DNA from: Moniliella sp. 'wahieum'
Lineage: Eukaryota
Direction: 5' to 3'
Length of the DNA: 64,000 nt
Assembly: GCA_003971905.1 (NCBI GenBank)
Contig: RSEE01000117.1
Coordinates: 124,001 to 188,000 of the forward strand
The notes beneath the pieces were generated by a model, which saw only the letters and a list, made by a program, of their open reading frames with translations, was not told where the DNA came from and did no database searches. The position numbers and the translations under genes were made by a program. Each line of letters opens with the position of its first letter. The stretch's first letter is position 1. Below are positions 37,204 through 49,833 of the stretch, in pieces.

Positions 37204-38612
37204 CTAGAAGGCAATGCCCAGGCTCTGTGCAATGCTGCTCATGTACGACTCGGCAAGACGGGTGAGCGAGTCGCGCTCCTCCTGCAGCTTGAGCACTTGC
37301 GCATGGTGCTTCAGGTGGATCTCCTCAATCTGTGCAGGTAAGGTCAGCATGTGTGTCGTCGTTGGAGCAGGCTCTAAAGTCAGGGGGGACAGGAAGGAAC
37401 ATACCTGGTTCTCCAATTCGCGGCATGTCTTGTCCCGAGCTGTAGCTTCTTGCAATTTGGCCTGCTTGTCGGCGGTAGCGAGCTTGAGGGACTGTTGCAG
37501 TTCCTCCCGCTTCTTGGTCCATAGGTTACGTTTCTGTTCCAAGTTGGCCAAGAGGCGTTCGGAACGGGCCGTGTCCACTTCGATTCGCTGGGCAGCCTGC
37601 TTGTGTTGGAACAGGAGGTCGTCCAACTCGGTTTCGGTCGCAGCGACATGAGCCTCCAACTCGGCCGCAGCCGTTTTCTCCTTATCGGCACGCGCTTGCT
37701 CACTGACCACACGGTGCATCGCTTCGTTGGCAGTGGCCAATGCGGCGGCCAAGGACGCGGCCGAGTCGCGCTGCCGCGCCGCATCCGACGCATTGCGCTC
37801 CTCCTCAGCTAGCTCGAGCTTGGCAATGCGCAGCGCCTCGTTGAGCTGCGTCAAGGCCGCCAACAAGGCTTCGGGACTTTGACGTGTGCGTCGCCGGAGG
37901 GCTTCGACCTCGGTGGCGAGGTTGTGAGCATGCTCTTCGTCCCGAACGCGCGCCGCTTCGCGCGTCGCCTTTTCCCGCTGCAACTCTTCCAACGTGGTCA
38001 GGCCACGGTTCTGCTCGGCACGCAATTCGCGCAGACGCTTGTCCAGCTTATCGTTCCTGCGAGAAATTTCGCCCAGTTCGGCTTCTTCGGCTTTCTCCTG
38101 CGCTTTGATCGCTGCAATTTCCCCTCCTTGCGCGCCACCTCGCTGCGCAACTCGTCCCGCTCCACCACAAGGGCATCGCTATTGGATGTCAAGGCCTCGA
38201 ACTCGTGGATGCGGTCGTGGCGGTGGCCCCAAAAGTTGTGCAGGGCAGAGAGGTGGCGCTTGAAGCGGCCCTTTTGAGGGCGGGTAAGGTCGAGCAGGGT
38301 AAAGTCGGTAATGGTAGCTGCGGTCATCAGCTCGCGCATCTCCCGAAAGGGTAGAGGATGTTAAAGGAGGACACGTAGAGCTCCTCGTGCTCCAAGCCAC
38401 TGACGGCGGTACGTCTGCGCTGGTCAATCAAGTCTTGGTTCACCCCGCTGAGGCCCTCGAGAAAGGCACTGAAGCAGGCCTCAGCCACCGCCCGGTTGGG
38501 CGACGAGATCTGCTCGGCAGATGGGACAGCCGAGCTCGGTCTGCAGCAGCTCGCTCAGCGCCTTGGCGGACACATGCGGGAAGGAGGTGGAGGTGACACC
38601 GGGCGCGGCCAT
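37204..38612 (-). CDS. NUF2: Kinetochore protein Nuf2 (NDC80 complex)
   Basis: RELMTAATITDFTLLDLTRPQKGRFKRHLSALHNF resembles the Nuf2 CH domain and is followed by a long coiled coil. MCB boxes lie upstream. Confidence 0.8.
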
Positions 38613-38710
38613 GGCGTGCGGCAGGGCAAGGAGCGGATGGTGGGGGGAGCGAGGGATGACACAGCCGATGGTAGACGAGTGTTGAACTCGACGTTGATTT
38701 GCGCTGGCTC

Positions 38711-38760
38711 ACGCGTGGGCCCTCACCCATCGCCGCCTCACCGCACGCGTGAGTCACGCG
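38711..38760 (-). promoter_or_regulatory. MCB elements upstream of NUF2
   Basis: ACGCGT at 38711 and 38745, ACGCG at 38756. Confidence 0.5.
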
Positions 38761-38823
38761 CCCAGAGGGGTTGCATCACGTGACAGGATATGTCTTCAAC
38801 TTTGCTACCTGCGGTTGTGGGGA

Positions 38824-38878
38824 ACGTCGAACGTTGAACGTTGAACATTGAACATTGAACATTGAACAGTGAACATTC
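38824..38878. repeat. Heptamer tandem repeat (TGAACAT/TGAACGT)n
   Basis: gaacgttgaacgttgaacattgaacattgaacattgaacagtgaacatt. Confidence 0.9.
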
Positions 38879-39952
38879 CTGCAAGCTGGGGTTGCACCGA
38901 TGGGGGAGGACCACGTGCCACGCGCAAAGACGGGGCCAGCGCTTCCCAGCCACGTCCTGGGTGAATGTACTTTACTGTGTACCCGCCGTGTGCGGCGGAA
39001 CCAGGGGGGGGGCAGGCACTGGACAGCACTGCACGTGCGCAACGCGGCGTGTGCTGAGTGGATGGGGGTGCATTTCAATGAATTGGACGCGCTGGCGTAG
39101 CGTAGCCCCTGGCGTCTTTGCCGCCCAGCGCCGCTCAGCTGCCTCCGCACGGCCCAGCTTCCGGCTCCAGTTGAACGTTCAAGTTCAAACGCATTGCCTT
39201 CCAACCAGCAGCCCCCTTCGGGTAGGATGTTGCCTGGGCAGCGTGGGTCTTGGCTCCCACAAGAGAAGCCCACGAAATGGGCAAGGGCCAGCGGAGGATA
39301 GGCGGTGGAGGCGACGCGGCAACGAAGCGCCGAGTTGGAGCCCGTGGGAATCAAGTGGAATATTGAATGCTGGCGGGGGGAGGGTGATGCGGACGGGTGA
39401 CGCGCAGGCGTGTGTCGAGCAGGGCGCTCGTAGCAGCTGTGGCCCGCAGCGGCAGAGGGGCAGTGTGTGCGCCGGGTTCGTTGGACGATGGATGATCGTG
39501 TCGAGGTGCCTCGGCTGCTTCCGCCCGCAGGCGCATCCACCCTCCAGACGCTCGGCATCATCACCTGCCTGCCCTCACCGCCTTGCGTCGCCTCCTCTCC
39601 TTCTCTTCTTCCCTTCTCCTTCTCCTTCTCCTTCTCCCTCGGGCCAGCGAGCGCGCGTGCTAGTGCCCGTGCCAGTCTCCGCGTCAGCTCCACCGGCAGC
39701 ACCGGTGTCACCGCCCTGCCTCCGTACCCTCCCTCAGGGCCTCATCCTGCACCCCCTGGCCACAGACCACCACGCCCTCCCTGACGTTGACCACCCTCTG
39801 CCATCACCCACCCCCATTGCCACCCCACCCCTGTCGCTAGCCCCGTCTCAGTCGCTGTCGCCATCGCCATCGCCATCGCCATCACCATCACCATCACCAT
39901 CATCATCACCATCGTCCTTCTCCCTCCCCCACTAGCCCCCCCACCCCGCGCC

Positions 39953-41408
39953 ATGTCGGCCCCCGCATCCCACTCAACCCCATCTGCCCCTCCTCTGCCC
40001 CGGCAACCCTCCTCGGGGTCTGCCAGCCCCCGTGCGCATGCTGACCCTCCCGGTCCCCCGCCAGAGTCCCACCCCCCTTCCCGCCCCCCCTCGCCCCCTG
40101 CACCGTCTTTGCATGGCCCGCAGTCCCAGCCCCCCCCGGGTCGGACCCAGCGGACCAGCCCAGACCACATCTCGACCTGGCCACCTACCCAGCCGGGACT
40201 TGCTGCGGGTGTTGGCCGCGCTATTGCAGCAGATTGCCAGTGCGAATGACCGCTTGAGCCCTCGGACCACCACCAGTGCTTCCCATTCTCACTCCCAGTC
40301 CAGTCCCAATCCCAGTCCCAGTCCCAGTCCCAGTCCCAGTCCCAATCCCAATCTCAGTCTCAGTCTCAGTCCCAGTCCCCGTCCCACTCTCATACGCGGC
40401 AGGCAGCTGCGACAATACCCGATTCTACGCCTGGGGAGGACGGGAAGCAGTCTACGACGACGGATTCTGCCAATTCTACTGGCTCTGCTGGTACGGTCAA
40501 TGCAGCTGCCCCACCTGCTGCGAACCGGTGGGAAGCGCTCGAGTCGAGTCTGGACCGGATTAGTGGCGCTCCACAGATGACGTCGGCAGCGCAAGGGGCG
40601 CTCACCACGGTAGGTAGCACACTGTGTTTCCATGCACGCACCGTACCCAGCATCTCGATTGCCGACTACTTGTTGCGCATCCTCAAGTACTGTCCCACCA
40701 CCAATGAGGTGTTTATCTCCCTCCTGGTCTACTTTGATCGCATGAGCCGCATGGGTGGTGCTACTTTTTTCCGCCTCCCCTTCTCTCGGCGACGACAAAC
40801 CCACTACGGCCGTCACGGCCGACAGTCTGACCCAGGCTAGGCTTTCGCCGCAGGACAAGCTGGCTCAGACCGCTCGTCCTGCTCGGGCTGCGCAGGACGA
40901 GCCCGAGGCCGAGTTGGTGTACCCTGGCATGAAGGGCTTTGCCATTGACTCGTTCAATGTGCACAGACTCGTTATTGCCGGCATCACGGTAGCGAGCAAA
41001 TTTTTCTCCGACGTGTTCTACACCAACTCGCGCTACGCCAAGGTGGGTGGACTGGGCGTGACTGAACTGAACCAGCTCGAATTACAGTTCCTGCTGCTCA
41101 ACGACTTTCGCCTCTCCATCCCGCTCGACGAGTTCCAACGCTACGCGGACCAGTTGCTCCAGTTTGGTTTGGGCCAGATCCCCGCCGCCCCGGACCCGAA
41201 GCAGCCAACACACCCCCCTTGCTTCCCACCCGCCCTCGCACCCGCACCCGCCCTCGCACTCGCACCCGCACTCGCACCCACACTCGCATTCCCACACCGA
41301 ACCAGGTGCACACCCTTCGGCACCTCGCCAACCTCACGCCCACTTTGCTGTGCCCTCGGGCCACAGCTAGTACCGCATCTCGCCTGCCCCATGTCCACTT
41401 GCACTTGA
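39953..41408 (+). CDS. Pho80/PCL6-PCL7-type cyclin (Pho85 partner)
   Basis: FHARTVPSISIADYLLRILKYCPTTNEVFISLLVYFDRM; IDSFNVHRLVIAGITVASKFFSDVFYTNSRYAKVGG...ELNQLELQFLLLNDFRL. Confidence 0.92.
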
Positions 41409-41570
41409 GGCGCAACGCCACTTGCCTGCTGAAGCGCTGAAGCTTGAAGCAGAATCGGCTACGCTGGGCCCGGTACGCCCCCCCCCCCCCTTCGCGCTCT
41501 CTCTTGCGCATCGATGTACTGTTCATCCATGCCGCACCCACCCGCGTGCACGGCGGGTCGTACGCTCCGA

Positions 41571-42350
41571 GTTCAGATCAGAGGCTCAGATCAGAGGCTC
41601 AGATCTGAGACTCAGATCTATTCTCTATTCCACTCCCTCATCTGTTCTGTCCTCGCTGCATGTAGGTAATCGGTAATCGGTACCCTTCATTCCGATCTAA
41701 TGCCTTACTTGCTCTTACCCAGTTCCTAGTTCCTACTTCCTAGTTACTAGTTCCTAGTTGCTGGCACTCCCCGGAACCAGATGTCCCGCGGGCGAGGGTA
41801 TCGGCGAGGCCAGTTGTCAGCATGTAACTAACTGGTAACCAGCCAAGTCACTAGTTGGTGACTAGTCACTACGTAGGCCAGCTGCCAGCGTCAGCGTCAA
41901 GCTACAGAGAGACAGGTATCGTGCTCCCAGAAAAGGGTGGGACAGTAGGTACAGCGCTGGGACAGCTGGTACAGCTCGCGTGGCGGCGCAGCGCTGCGAC
42001 GCTTGCATATTGCATGGGCCTCTTCCCCCTGTGGTTCCAGGCACCACACCACAACAGGGTACGGTACGACCCAGGAGCAGGGGGGGTAGTTACTAGTTAC
42101 TAGTTACTACTTACTACTTACTAGTTACTATGCAGTCCCAGCTCCCCCGGCAACCAGCCCACCTCTACCGGCTACTCCACCAATGCTATCCGTGATCGAG
42201 GGGTCGCAATTACATATACATGCCCCAACGCCCACGCTGGCTCCACCCCGGCGCCATCTCTGGTCCTCCCAGGCTCACCGCGCTCAACGTTCAACCAACC
42301 ACCGTCAAGCTCATCAAGCTTCAAGCTTCAAGCTTCAAGCTTCAAGCTTG
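41571..42350. repeat. Cluster of palindrome-cored short tandem repeats ((CTAGTTM)n, (TCAGATCAGAGGC)2, (TTCAAGC)n)
   Basis: Arrays at 41572-41619, 41720-41760, 42087-42130 and 42314-42350. Confidence 0.8.
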
Positions 42351-42684
42351 CCCATGCGCAGTGGAGCACCAGGAGCCCCTCAATGGCCATATCGATTCCG
42401 AGTGCCCCCCGAGCCTGTCCCAGCCCCTTGTGGGCTGTGGCCTACCTCCTTTCCGCCTGTCTTTCTCTTCTTTCCGCGCCCCCCCGGCAAGCAATTTCCA
42501 GTGCAACTGGATGCTTGATTTATACACTCATCGGCAGTGCCCGCTGTACCGTCACGGATCGATGCTATCGCTGGATGATGCACGATGCACGGCGCATAGG
42601 ACCAACTACACGACAGACAAGACGAGCTCCATACGAGGAACATGTATTGTACATGGTAAAGTACATGAGCGCATGCGCGCGGGC

Positions 42685-42927
42685 TTAGGTGCGCTCGCCA
42701 CGCAGCCGGCGGGCGAGGGCAATGTCCTTGGGCTGGATCGTGACGCGCTTGGCGTGGATGGCACACAAGTTGGTGTCCTCAAACAGCGAGACGAGGTACG
42801 CCTCGGCCGACTCCTGCAGCGCCATGACGGCCGAAGACTGGAACCGCAAATCCGTCTTCCAGTCCTGCGAGATCTCACGCACCAAGCGCTAGAAGGGCAA
42901 CTTGCGAATCAACAGCTCCGTGCTCTT
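42685..42927 (-). pseudogene. Histone H3 pseudogene (5'-truncated, in-frame stop)
   Basis: [82 protein letters not shown] at 42889-42891 replaces Q68 and no N-terminal tail is found upstream. Confidence 0.88.
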
Positions 42928-43279
42928 CCCGAGCAACGTCAGTCGAATCCAACCACGGAGCCGTACCTTGCCAGTCCACCTTGCTCAGGACCTCCCCCCC
43001 AAAGCACTAGGCAGTAGGTCTGGTGCGCGCGTCTGTTGCATGCTATGTGCATGGTGGAGTAAGGGGGAAAGGGGGAATGCGCTCAATCCGTAAATTAATT
43101 GCGCCGTGCAAATGAGCCTCCATACCGCCCCCCTGCTACAAAGGTACCTCCCGCAGCTGCATAGGGTTGCAGGACCTAGGGTTCCACGCTGCTTCCGTCG
43201 CAGCGTCCGCACGTGTAGCCGCGGCCTGGGCGCGACGCAGCGCCAGCCCCACCGCCTCGACCCACCCCCACTCACAACC

Positions 43280-43794
43280 ATGGCCACCTCGGAGCTCGCT
43301 GCCACCTACGCCTCGCTCATCCTCGCGGATGAGTCGGTGGAGATCACGGTACGTGTTCCTATCGCGTTGGCTTGCTTGCTCTCGAGAGTGCCCCTAGGGT
43401 AGGCTCGGTAGACTGGCCCAGCGGCACAGCGACTCTTTCTTGCTCCGGCCTGGCGCGCCACTTCCAAAATGCTCTGCTGACCCTGCGTACCCATTGGTTG
43501 TCCTAATGCTCCTGCTTGCATGCATGCATCGTAGGGGGAGAAGATCCACACGCTCACCTCGGCCGCGCACGTGGAGCTGGAACCGATCTGGGCGAGCTTG
43601 TTGGCCAAGGCGCTTGCCGGGCAAAACATCACGGACCTCTTGACCTCGGTCGGCGCGGCTGGCGCCGGCACAGTCGCCGCTGCGGCGCCCGGTGCGGCCG
43701 CTGGTGACGCCCCGGCCGAAGAGAAGGGAGGAAGAAGGAGGAGAAGGTCGAGGAGGAGTCGGACGACGACATGGGCTTTGGTCTGTTTGACTAA
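43280..43794 (+). CDS. RPP1: 60S acidic ribosomal protein P1 (intron 43349-43534)
   Basis: [17 protein letters not shown]...[17 protein letters not shown]...[14 protein letters not shown]. Confidence 0.96.
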
Positions 43795-44619
43795 CCTGCT
43801 CGTACCTGGACCTTGGACCCTTGGACCCTGGGCCTACTGCGCTTGGCCGTAGATCTTATCCCCCACCGCCCGGGTACATCCCACCACTTGTCATCATCCC
43901 AAAACTGCATTCTCCGTCTTGCACCTTAGCCCCTGCATCCTGCATGCGCTGCTGATCGATCTTGCCTCGCCGGCGCCCCCATGTCGCATGTCGCATGTCG
44001 CATGTCGTATCGACCGCGTGGGGTTGCAGCCGGCCCAGGAAAGGACTAGTTTTGTCTGTACGTCATTGTAGCCTAGCCTGCCGTCTCGCTTTCCTTCTTT
44101 GTCCTCCCGCGACCGATTTGGAGCACTGGGATGCCTACCTGGGGAGATGCAGAAGGGACCGGCGTAGGGTCGCAAGCGTGCGCATGGCGTCGACAGGGAC
44201 GCTCCGCCAGTTGGCCTCAGGCCGGTTGCACAGTATAGGCGCCTTGCTTCTGTCGGAGGCTGGTGGCATGCATGGATGGGCGAGCGTGGGACACCTGCTT
44301 CGCCAAGGCTGTGGCCATGAGGGAGGGAGGGCAGGGTGCTCCGGCTGAGTACAGAGTACTGCGTCGTAAAACGATGAATGGTCCAATCTACTCGCGGAGA
44401 TTCTACCGATCAGGGGGAGGAGCGGGTCTGGAGGAAAGTGAGTACTGAGTGAGTCCCATCTGTTTACCCCGGCCAGGCGATCGGCAGGCGGTGGGTGCCG
44501 AGCGACACGGCAGCCCCAGTGCCTGCCAGCCCAGCTCGATCGGTGCAACGCCTCCCCCGCAGCGCCACCGACACACATCACCACATCCACATCACACCAA
44601 CACCACCCACCGGATCACC

Positions 44620-44760
44620 AACACCATCTCCACCGCCATCTCCACCGCCATCTCCACCGCCATCTCCACCGCCATCTCCACCGCCATCCCCACCGCCATC
44701 CCCACCGCCATCCCCACCACCATTCCCACCGCAATCCCCATCGCCATCCCCACCACCATC
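44620..44760. repeat. 12-bp tandem repeat (ACCGCCATCYCC)n
   Basis: About 11 units immediately upstream of the nuclease ATG. Confidence 0.9.
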
Positions 44761-44765
44761 CTAGC

Positions 44766-45763
44766 ATGCTCCCTCGCGCCCCACCCTCAGCGGCCGAGCG
44801 CGCTCGGCCTCCCAAGCCAGGCACTTCGCCCCCCCCCCCCGACTCGTCCCTTTCGCCGCTCGTCTCGTCCGCTGCCCAACTCATCCTACCCCGCTTCGCC
44901 AACAATGCCGCGCTGACCCACGACGTGCTCAAAGCCACCCCTCGCATCTCCGGCACCGTCGTCAAGGTCGGCGATGCCGATGGGTTCCGCCTGGTACGCC
45001 CTCCTCCCCTCTCCTCCCCCAGCCTGGGCGGGACGTGTGCATGACTGTATGCACCCTCCCGCGCTGGGGACCCACGTGCAGATCGCAATGCACGACAAGG
45101 ACTGACGCGCACGATGGACTCTGTGTCGCTGTGTTGGTCTCTGCATTGTAGTATCACCAGCCGGGCGGGCGGGTGCTGGGGCGCAAGATGCACCCCGTTC
45201 CGTCGCGCAAGCTCCGGCTGGGGGAAGAGACGATCAGTGTGCGCCTAGCGGGAGCGGATGCGCCTGAGCTAGCGCACTTTGGTAAGGCAGGTCAAGCATT
45301 TGGCCCAGAAGCCAAGCAGGCGCTGACGGAGCTCATCTTGGGCGAGTGGGTGACTGTCGATGTAGGCCATGTGGACCAGTACAACCGCTTAGTGGGCACC
45401 GTGTACGTCTGGCGCGCGCCCTACGTCCAAGGCCCTATCAATGTCTCTCTCGCCATGGTGCAGAAGGGCTTGGCTACGGTCTACACCCAGTCTGGCGCCG
45501 AGTACGGCCACGCATCTTACCATCACATTTACACTGGCGAAGACAGTTCGGGCAAGGAGCGTCTGCTCGCCGCGCAGGAACATGCCAAAGCGCACAAACT
45601 CGGTATCTGGTCCCAAGCGCATGTCGTCACCCCAGCCGAGTTCAAAAAGGCACAGCGCATTGGACAGGGGCAGGGAAATAGCCCCAGCGCCAGCCCCAGC
45701 GCGCACGCAGATAGCAAGGCGAAAGCCAAGGGCCGCCGCAGGCGGCAGAGCGAGGAAGAGTAA
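44766..45763 (+). CDS. LCL3: Staphylococcal-nuclease-like endonuclease (LCL3 type; intron 44994-45151)
   Basis: GTVVKVGDADGFRL|YHQPGG; TISVRLAGADAPELAHFG; DQYNRLVGTVYV; AKAHKLGIWS...TPAEFK. Confidence 0.85.
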
Positions 45764-46002
45764 GACTCGGTTCCGGTGCGATTCCCACCCTGTCGTCGGG
45801 ACAGGAGCGGGATCCAAAGTGGGACACTGGGATCTTGGCAATGGTACGGCTATGGGGGTCCTGGCTTCCCCCACCACGGGGCTACGTGCGCACGCAGAGG
45901 GAGCCGTTGGCGAGGGAGTTGGCAAGGCGGATTCGTAGGGAAGCAGCAGACGAAAACGCCGACACTGACGCAGAGACGCAATGCGGGATGTAGATGGGGG
46001 GG

Positions 46003-49000
46003 CTACCCCCACATGCCCTCGGTGCGAGCATCGCGGTGCAGGAATCGATACAGCTCTTTGCCCGCGTCGTTACCGACCAACTCGCGAATCTCTGCGAGGC
46101 TCAGGTCGCAGAGCTCGGCGACGTTGCGCACCTCCCTCATCACATGCTCGGCATTGTGGTACGAGATACCGGGCATGGCACGCAGCAGGACTTGGGGAAG
46201 CCTGTTGAACGCCTGTTCCACCACCTGCTCCACCTCCCCGTTGGGACCGGGCTTACCATCGCGGTCGCTCACCCGACAGCGGCCACCCGCGTCGGGTCGG
46301 GCTCCGCATGGTTCTCCTTGAGTTCGCGAAAGATTTGTGCGGTGGCCGTGGGCGACGCGGACCAGAGGATGCGCAGACGCTTAAAGGTGATGGTCAGCAG
46401 GACCAGTTTCGCCTGCACATCCAGATCGTTCGGGCCTGCCCGCTCGCTCGCGCGGCGCCCGTGATGGGTTTCGCACCGCCGCCGTGTTGAGCAGCGCCTG
46501 CAGCGAAAATTCCCGGTCTTCGTCAAACTCGATCAGCAGCACGGGGTTCTTGTAGTGGATCGACATGATTTCCACTTGGGTGTACAGTCGGCCATCGCTA
46601 AAGGACCCAATCAGGTCACTGAGCGACTTGCGCTCCACGCAAATGTCCGGCGCCAACACATAGTCCCCCACTGTCAACCAGACTGGCACCACCTCCATCC
46701 CTGCTTCGGTCACATCGAAGGCAGTGCCGAGCGGAGCTCACGTCGGTCCACCACCACGCGCTGCGGCGCCTTGGTCGCTGTCAGCCGGCCACCGAGACGC
46801 GTGCTGATCGTCCGCAACAACTGGCTGTCGTGCTCGGCGTCCCGACCGCCTGCCGCACGCAGGGGCACGACCATGCCCGCCTTGTCCTTGATCAGCCGTT
46901 CGAACGCATCCTTCTCCTTGCGGATCGAAGAGAGGTAGCGCTGTTCTTCCGAGCTCTCGGCGTACAGCATAAAGTACAGTCGCACCTGCAACGACGGGTG
47001 CATCTTTCGGTACACTTCAATCTGCCGGATAAACCCAACGGAGGGATCAAAGAGGATAATGTACCGTGGTTTGATCTCTTGCAACACCTTGTCATCGTCC
47101 TCCTTCTTGTACGTTCGTACCACCACCAAATTCTCCATACTGAGACCAAAGTACGCATTGAACGTATCGTCGTTCAGTGTCTCGGTCGAAAGGCCCAAAC
47201 CAGGGCCGGTCGTTGCCGTCTCCTCCTCCGACTCGGATCCTTGGTCGGCATTCACCAGATCAATCGCCCGCTTGGAACTGGGACGAACCAAAAAACAACA
47301 AATCAGTGCCCAAGAACGCTTCTAACATGGAGGGGAAAAAACAACGTACAAGTCCGCCAACTCGTCCGCCTCTTGGCTACCATCTCGCCATGGGAAGCCG
47401 GATCGGTCGATGCCGACGCGGCAGCGGCCGAGCCGCCACCACGAACACGTCGCCGCTTGGTAGGCGGCGCATTGTGCGGAGTGTACTTATGTTTGAGCGC
47501 GTCGGACACGGGCTTGGTCCCGCCAGCCAAGGGACCGGGGGGCAAGGGGTCTTATCCAACGCGGCCGGGCGCGTGCCGCGTCCCAGCGCCCCCAAATCAG
47601 ATTTCCACAATAGGTACTCCTTGAACTGACGCCACATCATGATTCGGCCCGGGTGCTGCTCCGAGTAGCCTCGGCCTCCTCCTCGGCTGTGCCGGCCCAC
47701 GCTTCGGCCTCAGCGGTCGGGGTAGAGCACCAAGCCCGTCCGATGGTGCAACGTCGAGAGCAAACTGCGTACTTGCCACGTACTCCGCACCGAGGCCGTC
47801 ATGATCAAAATCGTGTTGTTTGTCCATCCGTCTGGGGCCGCAGCGTCACGTCAGCCGAGGTTAGTCTGAGCAGCAGGACAGTACAGGCGGGCAGGGGGGA
47901 GAAAGAGGAAAGAGAGGGACAACAACGTACAAGGATCCGGCTCCTGGGTCTGGATGTCTTGTTCAATCTCCCGCATCACATCCTGCAACAATTTCCACTT
48001 GGGCTGCTCCTCTAGGGTGGGGCTAATGCCCTCGGGGACCCAGGATGGCCAGGACTCGCCGGGAGGAGGAGGGAGAGGATGGGTGGCGCGCGTCTGTCCC
48101 GAGGCTGAGGACGTAGAGGAGGCCGGTTTGGACTTGGTGGTTTCGATCCTGCCTTCGAACACGCGCGCACGCGCCTCGGCAATGATCACGTTCGCCGCGT
48201 CCATCAAGAGCCAGGGCGACTGGTTTTGGCGCGAACTGGGGCCCTTGGGTGGTTGGCGGTTATGACGCTTTCGAGGTAGATCAGGTAATAGATCGCATCG
48301 TACTCGAGCAAGTAGGTGAGCAAGTTGCGCAGCGTGCCCAAGTCGGCGACCAGCTGCTTCGTCTTGGGCCCAACCTTGTTCCATACGCCGCTTAGCTGCT
48401 TGCGCGCCACATTGTCAAACGAACTGAACAGCGCATTGTCCACGGTAAACGTATCGACATCGCCCATACTGCTCCGCCGCAGCTCGTTGACCGTCGCCTC
48501 CAAGCACTCGAGGATCGCGGTCTGGATGCGCAGCATTCGTGGCGACAAGTCTTGGTACAGTTCAATCACATCCGCCTGCTTGGCCGCCAGGCTGCGCTGG
48601 ACCAACTTGTGAAACCGGGGCCAGAGCTCGACACGGCGCACGCGGAGCAGACTGGCCACGTGCTGGAGGCCGCGCGAAGCGAGGACCTGAGGCGCCTCGC
48701 TAAACGCTTTGAGAAAGCCTTCCTGGTTCTCGTCGCGAAAAGACGGATAATGTAAGCTTCCGTGCTGCCCTGCTCAAGCGTTCGGCATGGAGCACAACAA
48801 GGCCAGTCACCAGCTCGGTCGGAAGCACCTTGCGCAAAATGTCGACACGATGATCTGGCTCGTGGCCGAGACCAAGCCGCCGTTGAGGTAGAGTTGGCGC
48901 CGTTTGCTCTCGCCCTTGGCTTGGTCCACAATCTCCATCCCACCGGCGCCGAACGCCAAGCGTCAAGAGTTCCTCCCGATCGACGCTTCCTCCTCCGCAT

Positions 49001-49270
49001 TCGCACCCACCAGCAACACGAGATTGGACGGTGCATCGTAAATGCGTAAAATCGTCGACACCACCCGTCGTAGCCCCAGCCCAGGCGCCATGACCACCAG
49101 CGCATTCTCCTCGTCTTCGTCCCCACCACTGCCTCCTCCTCGTCGCCCGAGCCAGGGATGAGGGAGGCAATGATGGCCCGGTGATAGGGCAGCAGCACGG
49201 CTCTCTTGCCGCCTGCTGCATCGCTTGCTCCCCCCTGCGGGTCGACGAGCGGCTGCGAGTTGAGCGGCAC
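46003..49270 (-). CDS. RAD1: XPF/ERCC4 structure-specific DNA repair endonuclease
   Basis: [34 protein letters not shown], VVVDx[18 protein letters not shown] (ERCC4 nuclease motif), C-terminal HhH (LLRAMPGI). Confidence 0.95.
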
Positions 49271-49833
49271 GGCGGGGGGAAGGGAGGGCTGCGGGAGGGG
49301 CTGCGCGGGCTGGCGTGCGCAGGTGGCGGTGGCGGTGGTGATGACGGGGCGGTGGCGAGGGCGATGCGGGGGCAGGAGAAGGCGAAGGCGAAGACGCTGC
49401 CTCCATCTCTACCCACGCCGCCGCCGCCTTCTCCCACTCGCTCTGGCCCGACGCTGCGCCTGGGCGGCCATGGCGAGAGCAGCCCAAGTCAGTCGTCGCA
49501 GCAGGCAGACTCCGTAAAAACTAACTCTACTCACTTGGCGTCTGGCCAGCCGGTGCTTAAAGTGCAGCTTAGGTAAGCGGCAATCCTCAGCGTAAGCGTC
49601 GTCATCGACTTCTCATCCGATCTGTTTCGGCTTCTCTGCGCCCCCGACGCTCCGTCCGTCGTCCTGTCGGGTGGAGGTGTGGCTACGAGAGCCTATGGAA
49701 GTGGATGCAGCTGGGGTCATTCCGGGCAAGAAATAGCATGTGGGAGCAGTAGAGCGGCAGACTAACGGGGCAACAACGCCAACAGCAGCAGAGGGATTGT
49801 CCGCAGAAAGAGTACTAGTAGGCAGAGAGCGGA

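Noticed and set aside
35942..42927. Histone gene cluster (H1 plus H3)
   Set aside because: Separated by unrelated genes, H3 is broken, and there is no H4, H2A or H2B.
43349..43534. Intronic snoRNA in the relatively long RPP1 intron
   Set aside because: No C box (RTGATGA) or clear H/ACA architecture visible.
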